A stretch of 64,000 nucleotides of DNA from contig JBHGAY010000002.1 in NCBI GenBank assembly GCA_041946735.1, positions 1 to 64,000 on the forward strand. The letters are read 5' to 3'. Positions within the stretch are counted from its first letter, which is position 1. Every line of letters starts with the position of its first letter. Shown in pieces: positions 56,279-64,000 of this stretch. This DNA comes from Candidatus Eiseniibacteriota bacterium (lineage in GTDB: Bacteria; Eisenbacteria; RBG-16-71-46; CAIMUX01; VGJL01). The position numbers and the translations under genes were made by a program. The notes under the pieces are model-generated. The model saw nothing but the letters and a program-made list of their open reading frames with translations, did not search any database and was not told where the DNA came from.

Positions 56279-57964
56279 ATGGCAGGCGCGAAGAAACGAA
56301 GGAGCGACGTGAAGCGGCAACCGCAGCCGCCCGCGAGGCTGCCCGCGGAGTACCGCGAGGTTTGGCTCGCCCTCCACGACGCCCAGCGGTCCTCTCCATC
56401 GCGGCAAGCTCTTGCCCGACGGCTCGGGATTTCTACCGCCACGCTGCAGCGCTTGCTCGTGCGCGGCGATGTCCCTCCCTTCCCTTCGACGCGAAGCGTG
56501 CGCGTTCGCCGCGCTTGGGCGCGCACGCTCGGACGGCTCGCGATGCGCCTCGGGCACGATCCGGCCGCCTGGATCGAGAAGGTCGGCATCCCGGCGGGCG
56601 ACGCGCAGCCCGCCCTGGCCCGCCTCTCGTCGCGAAGAGCAGCGGCCCACGCGGCCCAGGCAGAGACAACCGCTGCGCAGGCGCGCCCGGTTCCGCTCCC
56701 GCCCGGCGCAACCATCGCAGCCGCCATCCTTCGCCGAGGTATCTCCGCCTCGGTGCCGGGCGCGGCGGCGATCGACGAGTTCCTCGAAGCCTTCCTCCGC
56801 CGGCTGCTCGGCGCCGCCGACCCGTCGTCGACCGTCGAGATCCATCGAGTCACCGAAAGCGAGGCGCGCGAGAACCTTCTTGGCTCTGCCTCCGCGGCGG
56901 CGATTCTCTGCGGCGTCGTTCCGCGCGCCGAGATCGCCCGCGCCGGAGGCTGGATGCTGCGAATCCCCGGGATCCGGCTCACGAGCGGCGCTCTCCGTCT
57001 CGCCGATCGTTCCAAGCCGGCGGCGGCGGTCGCTCCTGCCTCGCTTCGGGAGGCGCTCGCCTCGCGCGCGAGCGAGTCTCCGCTCTTCCTCGTCGCCGGC
57101 TCCGGACCCGCGCGCGCGTTCCTCGCCGGAGCGGCGGGCATTCCCGAGGAGCGGATCCTCGTGAGGCAAGCGGCCGAAGATCCGGCAGGACTGGCGGACG
57201 CCTTGCTCCGCGAGAGCGAGAGGCGCCCCGAACGGGCCGTGGTGCTCTTCGGCGAGAGGATCGCGGTTTCGGCGACTCGCGAGGCGCTGCTCCGCCAGCC
57301 CGGCCTTCCGGACTCGATCGAGATCGTCGATCTCGCAAAGAGGATCGACGAAGCGCCGCATTTCCCGCTCGCCATCGCCGTGCGTTGGGAGGACGCCGCG
57401 CTCGCGCGGCTCTTGCGCCAGGCCCGCGATCTCGATCTCTTCGGCGCCGGCGCCTACGAGACCGGGCGGCTCTACGGGCGCTTGATCGGCCGCGCGGCCG
57501 TAGTCGCCGATCCTCCGCTTCGCCTGCTGCGCTTCGATCGAGCGGGAGCGAGATTCCGTGACGGATTCCGCGCGGGACTCGCCGCATCGCTCGACCACAG
57601 CGGCCGCCTCGACGTCGCGCTCTCCTCGCGGCTCGCCCCTTCCGCGTGGATTGCGGGCGCCGTCGCCGTCCCGACGGCATCCTCGACGTCCGAAGGACAG
57701 AGCGCCGGCGAGCAAGGGGGAATCCGCAGGCTCGCCCACTGCCAGTCGTGCGCCGCCTCTCTCCGGGAGGAGCACAACCAGGGACCGTCCGATCGGTACT
57801 GCCGCTGGTGTTCCGACGAAGCGGGCAGGCTGCGCCCGCGCGCGGAGGTGACTCGAATTCTCGCGGGGTGGCTGCAGCATTGGCAGGAAGGACTCAGCGC
57901 GGATCAGGCTTTGCGCCGCGCGGAGTCCTACATGAAGCTCATGCCGGCGTGGAGCGAGAACTGA
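56279..57964 (+). CDS. Hypothetical protein with N-terminal HTH and C-terminal zinc-ribbon domain
   Basis: ATG after GGAGGAG; SRQALARRLGISTATLQRL HTH; CQSC...YCRWC and MPAW at the C-terminus. Confidence 0.6.
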   Translation: MAGAKKRRSDVKRQPQPPARLPAEYREVWLALHDAQRSSPSRQALARRLGISTATLQRLLVRGDVPPFPSTRSVRVRRAWARTLGRLAMRLGHDPAAWIEKVGIPAGDAQPALARLSSRRAAAHAAQAETTAAQARPVPLPPGATIAAAILRRGISASVPGAAAIDEFLEAFLRRLLGAADPSSTVEIHRVTESEARENLLGSASAAAILCGVVPRAEIARAGGWMLRIPGIRLTSGALRLADRSKPAAAVAPASLREALASRASESPLFLVAGSGPARAFLAGAAGIPEERILVRQAAEDPAGLADALLRESERRPERAVVLFGERIAVSATREALLRQPGLPDSIEIVDLAKRIDEAPHFPLAIAVRWEDAALARLLRQARDLDLFGAGAYETGRLYGRLIGRAAVVADPPLRLLRFDRAGARFRDGFRAGLAASLDHSGRLDVALSSRLAPSAWIAGAVAVPTASSTSEGQSAGEQGGIRRLAHCQSCAASLREEHNQGPSDRYCRWCSDEAGRLRPRAEVTRILAGWLQHWQEGLSADQALRRAESYMKLMPAWSEN

Positions 57965-58067
57965 GGGCCGTCTCGTCCCGGGCGGGCTCGGCGCCCGCTC
58001 GGGACGAGAATGGCTTCTCGGTCGGCTCCAGGGGGAGCGGTTGCACGCGCCCGCCCGGCGCGATAGA

Positions 58068-58691
58068 TCAGCGGTACAGGGCCCGCATCCGTCCCCAGGT
58101 CGTCGCTTCGATCGCAACCGGCATCTCCCCGTTCGCCGTGCCCGGCGTGGGCGCCAGCCCGTTGCCGAGCGGCGGGGTGGTCCCGGTGTACGGATTCAAA
58201 GCGTCGAACATTTCCCAGGTCAGCGCGCCGTCAGGCCGTCGCCCGCTCGACCGATCGTCCTCGGCCTCGTAGTTGTTGTAGGCATAGGAATCGACGAGGA
58301 GCGTGTCGGCGCCGATCGCCTGTCGAAGCTGCACCGTGTCGCCTTCGTTTCCGAGACGCAGCCCGTAGATGTCGAGGCCGTGACTCTGCTGGTAGGCGAC
58401 CGCAGTGCTTCCGTAGACGATCCGATGCGCGCCGGCGGCCATCGACCCCTCGAAGCCGAAGACGATCGACCCGTCCGCATCTCCCAGGAAGTAGCCGGCC
58501 AAGTCGAGGTCGCCCGGTCCCGGATTCCAGATCTCGACCCACTCGTCGTCTCGACTGGACAGCGCGCCACTGCCGTCCCAGTCGATGGCGGGGTCGGCGA
58601 GGATCTCGTTCAGGACCGGGCCGCAGCTTCCCGAAGCGGCGGAAGAGGCGAGGGCGATGCAGACGATCGCCCCCATCCAGAGAACACGCAT
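58068..58691 (-). CDS. Secreted lamin-tail domain protein
   Basis: LNEILADP, DEWVEIWN, DLAGY, PTPG; C-terminal TTWGRMRALYR. Confidence 0.85.
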   Translation of the reverse strand: MRVLWMGAIVCIALASSAASGSCGPVLNEILADPAIDWDGSGALSSRDDEWVEIWNPGPGDLDLAGYFLGDADGSIVFGFEGSMAAGAHRIVYGSTAVAYQQSHGLDIYGLRLGNEGDTVQLRQAIGADTLLVDSYAYNNYEAEDDRSSGRRPDGALTWEMFDALNPYTGTTPPLGNGLAPTPGTANGEMPVAIEATTWGRMRALYR

Positions 58692-58844
58692 GCTTCCTCC
58701 TCGGCGCCGCGACGGTTCGCGGCGCCTGCGTGCCGAGCGCCTCCATGGCGCGGGCGAGGAAGCGGAGGAAGCAAGAGGCGAGCCGCCGGAGGACGAGGGA
58801 GGCCAGGAGGGCTGGGCGGCGCGCGGCGGCGAAGCAGCGCGGAA

Positions 58845-58938
58845 GGACTGAGAGTCCTGTAACGGATCGAGAGTCCTATGCGGATCGAGAGTCCTAACGG
58901 ACCGAGAGTGCTGCAAAGGATCGGGAGCGCGTAGCGGA
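58845..58938. repeat. Five degenerate 17-19-bp tandem repeats (consensus GGATCGAGAGTCCT)
   Basis: Directly visible in the arcC-lamin-tail intergenic region. Confidence 0.75.
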
Positions 58939-58960
58939 AGCGAACGCGAACCGAGCGTCT

Positions 58961-59920
58961 CTACGCGCGCACGCGCTCCCCGCTCGCGGTGATCCACGTT
59001 CCCGCGCGGCCGGCGAGCGAGTCGTGCAGCGTCGCGGGGTTCGTGATACAGATCTCGCGGCCGCCGGAGCGCAGGAACCAGATCGCCGCCGCGATCTTCG
59101 GCCCCATGCTGCCGGGCGGGAACTGCCCCTGCTTCAAGTAGCGCTCCGCGTCCTCGACGCTCATCCGCTCGATCCACCGCTGCTCCGGCTTACCGAAGTC
59201 GATGGCGACGCGCTCGACGGCCGTGACGATGATGAGCGACCGCGCGCCCAGCTCGAGCGCGAGCACGACGGAAGCGAGATCCTTGTCGATCACCGCTTCC
59301 ACACCTGCGAGCGTTCCGTCGGGGCGCTCGATGACCGGAATCCCCCCGCCGCCCGCTGCGATCACCACGTGACCCGACTCGTGGAGCTTGCGAATCAGCG
59401 GCAGCTCGACGATGCGGCGCGGCATCGGCGAGGGGACGACACGTCGCCAGCCCCGTCCCGCGTCCTGGACCATCCGCCATCCCTTCGACGCCTGGAGCTC
59501 GCGGGCGCTCGCCTCGTCGTAGAACGGGCCGATCGGCTTCGTCGGGTGCTGGAATCCCGGATCGGTCTCGTCGACGACCGTCTGCGTGATGATCGTCGCG
59601 ACCTCGCGCGAGATGGAAGCTTCGCGAAGGAGGTTCTGAAGGGTCTGCTGCATCATGTAGCCGAGTCCGCCCTGGGAATCGGCGCCGCAAACGTCGAGCG
59701 GCATCGGAGGGATCTCTTGGCGGACCGCTTCGTTGCGGATCAGGATGTTCCCGACGATCGGGCCGTTGCCGTGCGTGAACACCACGGGGCGCTCGCGCAC
59801 CAGGTCGATCGTCTGCCGCATCGTCTCCCGCGTGATCCGGAACTGCTCCTCGATCGTCCCGGCCTTCCCGACCGGCAGGATCGCATTGCCTCCCAGGGAG
59901 ACGACGACCGATGACTCCAT
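58961..59920 (-). CDS. arcC: Carbamate kinase
   Basis: SLGGNA, THGNGP, PTKPIGPFY, RRVVPSP, GGGGIPV, AVIDKD, GSMGPK. Confidence 0.96.
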   Translation of the reverse strand: MESSVVVSLGGNAILPVGKAGTIEEQFRITRETMRQTIDLVRERPVVFTHGNGPIVGNILIRNEAVRQEIPPMPLDVCGADSQGGLGYMMQQTLQNLLREASISREVATIITQTVVDETDPGFQHPTKPIGPFYDEASARELQASKGWRMVQDAGRGWRRVVPSPMPRRIVELPLIRKLHESGHVVIAAGGGGIPVIERPDGTLAGVEAVIDKDLASVVLALELGARSLIIVTAVERVAIDFGKPEQRWIERMSVEDAERYLKQGQFPPGSMGPKIAAAIWFLRSGGREICITNPATLHDSLAGRAGTWITASGERVRA

Positions 59921-60204
59921 CACTCCTCCCGGAAAATGTCCATCCTACCCGAAAGGGTAGGATGGCGTGGGAAGGGATCCGTTCGGATTCCGCGGAGGAA
60001 GCGGGCGGATCCACCCGCGTCCTCGCTTCTGAGATCGACCGCCTCCCGCCTGGTCTTTAGGTTTCGGTCGCGACGGCCGGCTTGGCCGGGCTCGCTGGGG
60101 CGCGAGGCGCCGCGCGGAACTGCTCCGGGACCCGCTCGGCGCAAAGCGCCTGCCGGCCGGATCCCTCGGGTCTTCCGGCCGGCAGGTACCGTTGCGCTCG
60201 GCTA

Positions 60205-61371
60205 CTACTTGGAAAGGCCGGAGATGTACTCCCCCATCCTTTGGAGCGCCTTCTGGATGTTCTCGACGGAGTTGGCGTAGGAGAGCCTCAGATAGCCCAT
60301 GCCGTAGGAGCCGAACGAGGTCCCCGAGAGGACGGCCACTCCGGCGGTGTCGAGCAGCTCCTTCGCGAGCTTCGGCGACTCCATCGGAACCTTCTTCACG
60401 TTCGGGAAAGCGTAGAAGGCTCCCTTCGGGGTCTTGCAGCTCACGCCGGGGATCTTGTTCAGGCCCGCAACGACGACGTCGCGACGGCGCCGGAACTCGG
60501 CGACCATTGAGGCGACCTCGTCCTGGGGACCGAGCACGGCCCGCATCCCGGCCCGCTGCACGAAGACGTTCGTGCAGGAGTTGGAGTTGGTCATCAGCCG
60601 GGTCACGTGCGCGGCGAGGTCCTTGTGCATGAGGCCGTACCCGAGCCGCCAGCCGGTCATCGCAAAGGTCTTCGAATGTCCGTCGAGGACGATGACGCGG
60701 TCCTTCATTCCGGGAATCTGCGCGAGCGAGATCGGCTCCCCCTCGTAGACCATCCGGTTGTAGACCTCGTCCGACAGCACCCAGATGTCGCGATTGCCGA
60801 TGATCTGCGCGATCCCCTCGAGGTCCTTCCGGGACAGCACGCCCCCGGTCGGGTTCTGCGGCGAGTTCAGGATCAGGAAGCGGGTCTTGTCGGTGACGAG
60901 CGAGCGCAGCTCGTCGAGGTCGATCGAGAAGTCCTTCTCCTCACGAAGAGGAAGGGGGACCGGCTTCGCGCCGATGAACTCGATGACCGACTCGTAGATC
61001 GGGAATCCGGGGTTCGGGTAGATGACCTCGTCCCCCTCGTCGACGCACGCGAGCAGAGAGAAGAAGATGATCGGCTTCGCGCCAGGCGTGACGACGACGT
61101 TCTCCGCGCTGTAGTCGAGGCCGCGGAACTCGCCGGCCTTCTTCGCCAGCGCTTCGCGCACCTCCATCAGTCCGGCCGAAGGACCGTAATGCGTGTACCC
61201 CTGGTCGAGCGCCTCCTTCGCCGCATCGCAGATGAAGCGAGGCGTTGCGAAGTCCGGCTCGCCGATTTCGAGGTGCACCACGTCCCGGCCCTGACGCTCG
61301 AGCTCCTTCGCTCGTGCCAGAACCTCGAAAGCGGTCTCGGTTCCCAGTCTCGACATCCTCTTCGCGAACAT
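60205..61371 (-). CDS. Class I PLP-dependent (aspartate-type) aminotransferase
   Basis: IGEPDF, NSPQNPTG, SDEVY, SKTFAMTGWRLG. Confidence 0.93.
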   Translation of the reverse strand: MFAKRMSRLGTETAFEVLARAKELERQGRDVVHLEIGEPDFATPRFICDAAKEALDQGYTHYGPSAGLMEVREALAKKAGEFRGLDYSAENVVVTPGAKPIIFFSLLACVDEGDEVIYPNPGFPIYESVIEFIGAKPVPLPLREEKDFSIDLDELRSLVTDKTRFLILNSPQNPTGGVLSRKDLEGIAQIIGNRDIWVLSDEVYNRMVYEGEPISLAQIPGMKDRVIVLDGHSKTFAMTGWRLGYGLMHKDLAAHVTRLMTNSNSCTNVFVQRAGMRAVLGPQDEVASMVAEFRRRRDVVVAGLNKIPGVSCKTPKGAFYAFPNVKKVPMESPKLAKELLDTAGVAVLSGTSFGSYGMGYLRLSYANSVENIQKALQRMGEYISGLSK

Positions 61372-61600
61372 GATCCGTCCTCCCTCCCGAGTCCCCTGGT
61401 CGTGCGCCGGATGACTCGCCCCTGTCCCCTCCCCGCGGCCCGCGCGCACATCGTGCCTGCCTAGGGGGAAACCGATCGCGATCGGCGCGCGAGGCCCCCG
61501 TTCGAGGAACCGCCCCGCTGCGCACCGCCCGATTCTAGCACGCGAGAAGTGGCCCGATCACGCGCCGCGGTGCGCCGGTGTGCCCCGGAAGGGAGCAAGT

Positions 61601-61690
61601 GACGCGAACGGCGCCAACGGCGCCAACGGCCCGCGGCCCCCGCACGGCGTGAACGGCGCGGACCACGCGAACGGCGCCAACGGCGCGACG
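61601..61690. repeat. Intergenic 9-bp tandem repeats (AACGGCGCC-like)
   Basis: Directly visible. Confidence 0.6.
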
Positions 61691-61772
61691 CGGGCACTGG
61701 ACCGGGCCAAATCCGGGGAGAGCCGGCGGGAAAGGCGCGGCGGCATCGAGCGAGGACCGGCGGCCAAGGGGG

Positions 61773-63290
61773 CTAGCGCCTCCGATCCAAACCGGCCCGG
61801 ACGTCCCAGGGCTCCCAGGCCGGACGTTCACGGCGGGCGAGCCGGGCGAGCGCCTTGGCAAGATCCGCGTCCTTCTTGAACTCGTCGAGGATGACCGAGT
61901 CGAGACGGGAACGGTAGACCCGCGCGTAACGGGTGACGAGCTCGGACTCGGGCGGCTCGAGTCCGTGGAGCGGACGCTGCGAGGAGGGCAGGTCGGTTTG
62001 CTCGCCCGTCTCTCCCGCGCGCCACAAGTCGACGATCTGCGACGCTCGCGCCCGGGTCCCCGGTTGTTCCCCAGCGCCGCGCGGCAGCCGAGTGCGAGCC
62101 CACCCCCGTCCTTCTCGAAACAGGAAGACGGACACCTCCCGAAGATCGCCTTCGCATAGCACGAATCCGAGCGTCGTGTCGCGCCTTGCGGGCAGGGGAC
62201 CGCCCGGATGCACCTCGACCTGCTTGTTGAACGGCGGCATCTCGCGCCGGATCGACTCCGATTCGAGGAGGAGAGCCTCGAGCTCCGAAGGAGCGGTCTC
62301 CCAGTCGAGAGAGCGGATCTCCTCGAGGAGCGCAGCCCGTCTCGCATGGTCGCGGCCGAGGGGACGGAAGTAGCTCATCACGCGGCGGCGCAGATCGCGC
62401 GACTTGCCGACGTAGAGCAGCCGGTCGTTCTCGCCGCGGAAGCGATAGATGCCGGGTCGCTGCGGCAGATCGGCCAGGGTCTCGCGATCGAAGCGGCATC
62501 GCGAGAGGTCGACCGGCACGTTCGCGGTCGACGCCTCGATCTCGTCCTGGATCCAGGAAAGCGGCTGATCGCCGCGTGCCGCGAGGAGGCGTTCCAGAGC
62601 GAGACGGCACTGATGCAGGCGCTCGCGGAGGAGCGACGACTCGTCGGACGCGAGGCTGGGATCCTCGACCGAAGCGGAAAGAACGTCGACCCCGGGAATG
62701 CGGCGGCGCCGCGCGCCGATCGTCGTGTCGCGGCTCGACGATCTTGGCGCCGCCGGCGCCCGAGGCGGCGGCGGGGACGGCGGCGGGCCGAGACGGAGAG
62801 CCGCGGTGAGGTCGAGGATCCGGTCGTGCAGGACCGGCAGGCCGAACCCCTGCTCCCACGCGTGGAGCTGCTTGCGCGTCGCGGCGGCGCTCGTGGTGCA
62901 GATCAGCCTCGACTCGAGCAGAGGGGCGCAGCCGGCCAGACCGGCGCCATCCCAGCGCGCCATACGGGCCTCGCCGTCCCTCCCGAATACCGGGTCGACC
63001 ACCTGCGCCCCCATCGCCGTCCTTCCCGGCTGCCCCGCCGCCTCGATCGTCTCGACGAGGAGCAAGGGATGCGAAAGGAGCGACGGGCCCGGCAGCGAAC
63101 GCGCGAGCCAGACGCCCGCGGCGTTCTCGCGGAAGCGGATATCGCCGGCGAGAATCGCGCGGACCAGCCGGTCGGTCCCGGCCGAGGGCGACTGGATCTT
63201 CAACACTTCGCGGGCGATCTCCTCGGAAGTCCACCCGCGGAAGGACGCGTGCATGAGCGCATAGAGCGAGTCTCGGAGGTCGCCTTTCAA
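61773..63290 (-). CDS. GIY-YIG (UvrC/Cho-like) nuclease domain protein with a degenerate N-terminal region
   Basis: TTG after GAGGAGG; LPQRPGIYRF...LLYVGKSRDLRRRV, SELEALLLE, PPFN. Confidence 0.75.
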   Translation of the reverse strand: MKGDLRDSLYALMHASFRGWTSEEIAREVLKIQSPSAGTDRLVRAILAGDIRFRENAAGVWLARSLPGPSLLSHPLLLVETIEAAGQPGRTAMGAQVVDPVFGRDGEARMARWDGAGLAGCAPLLESRLICTTSAAATRKQLHAWEQGFGLPVLHDRILDLTAALRLGPPPSPPPPRAPAAPRSSSRDTTIGARRRRIPGVDVLSASVEDPSLASDESSLLRERLHQCRLALERLLAARGDQPLSWIQDEIEASTANVPVDLSRCRFDRETLADLPQRPGIYRFRGENDRLLYVGKSRDLRRRVMSYFRPLGRDHARRAALLEEIRSLDWETAPSELEALLLESESIRREMPPFNKQVEVHPGGPLPARRDTTLGFVLCEGDLREVSVFLFREGRGWARTRLPRGAGEQPGTRARASQIVDLWRAGETGEQTDLPSSQRPLHGLEPPESELVTRYARVYRSRLDSVILDEFKKDADLAKALARLARRERPAWEPWDVRAGLDRRR

Positions 63291-63665
63291 CGAGGTCCTC
63301 CTCGTCCGCGCATGGGAGAAGATGCCGGGCGGTGGCGAACGCCGGTCCCGACGCAGGCTTTCTGGTTGCCGATCGTTCGCGCGGGGCGTACGGTCGGATT
63401 TCCTCCGAACGTCCGGGGCAGCTCGGACTTCGACTGTCGCGTCGGTTCCCACGCGCGCGGCTCGACTCGAAAGCGAAGCGGAGCGAGGGGGCACGCCTTC
63501 GGGTCGTGGCCACGGAGATTCGAGGAGTCGCGAGCGGCGGTCCGCCGGACTGAGGAGATAGCTCGCAAACGACGGGGGGTGAAGCGCGCACGCGCCGCCC
63601 CCCGATTCTTCGCTCTCCGTCCCCCCGTCCGGGCCTTCGACACTGCGCGGAACATCTCCGACAGG

Positions 63666-64000
63666 CTAAGGACCGCCTCGCTGCGCTGTCAATGCGACCG
63701 CGCGGCGCTCCGTGTCGTCGAGCCGCAGCGCGAGACGGATCTCCGTGGCCCCCGGCCGCAATCCTCTCCGCGTGCCCGGAGCGATCCGCTGAATCAGGCG
63801 GAGCGAGCCGGCGACCGGCCGGCGGCCGGCGTTGAAGTCGATCTCGAGCCTCGTCGCCGGGTCGTCCCCGCTCTGATCGTCACCGGTCGCGCCGATTCGA
63901 TGGGAGCGCGAGCGCGTGAAGTCCTGTCGCAGGAGAAGACGAAGATCGCCTTGGCGCCGCACCCCCCTCCATCCGACTTCCCATCCGAAGCTGCGCGAGG
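63666..64000 (-). CDS. Partial hypothetical protein (C-terminal end; runs off the window)
   Basis: Open frame ending at 63666; no recognisable motif. Confidence 0.3.
   Translation of the reverse strand, partial: SRSFGWEVGWRGVRRQGDLRLLLRQDFTRSRSHRIGATGDDQSGDDPATRLEIDFNAGRRPVAGSLRLIQRIAPGTRRGLRPGATEIRLALRLDDTERRAVALTAQRGGP

Noticed and set aside
58845..58938. Possible CRISPR array
   Set aside because: Units are adjacent and degenerate with no unique spacers, and there are no cas genes in the window.
58961..59920. Arginine deiminase operon
   Set aside because: Only arcC is present; no arcA, arcB or arcD in the window.
61580..61879. ORF with ANG repeats
   Set aside because: Explained by a 9-bp intergenic repeat; it overlaps the GIY-YIG gene antisense and has no recognisable motif.

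Overview
High-GC bacterial chromosomal window. Several secreted proteins end in FlgD-Ig-like domains and one ends in a 'TTWGRMRALYR' tail, a style typical of FCB-group candidate phyla such as Eisenbacteria/Latescibacteria (inference). Most content is housekeeping or envelope genes: secreted peptidases, a TonB receptor, aqpZ, a photolyase, a tetraheme cytochrome, an ECF sigma/Ser-Thr kinase pair, a DUF3857 pair, a complete citrate lyase cluster (citC-citD-DUF296-citE-citF-citX-citG), ssrA, five tRNAs, ssb, an smpB-amidase-like-GerMN-murI-rph-rdgB cluster, arcC, an aminotransferase and a GIY-YIG protein. The main accessory feature is a 5.1-kb integrase-less island at the tmRNA 3' end. It is bounded by an exact 19-bp direct repeat (36742-36760 / 41842-41860), has a third degenerate att copy inside, and shows att-arm-like repeats. 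It encodes a HEPN-motif protein, a translationally coupled ImmA/IrrE metallopeptidase + PIN nuclease + beta-family operon, and a convergent sce7726-like PD-(D/E)xK nuclease. This is a candidate anti-phage or toxin-antitoxin system. All product calls come from motif recognition by eye; no database searches were run.
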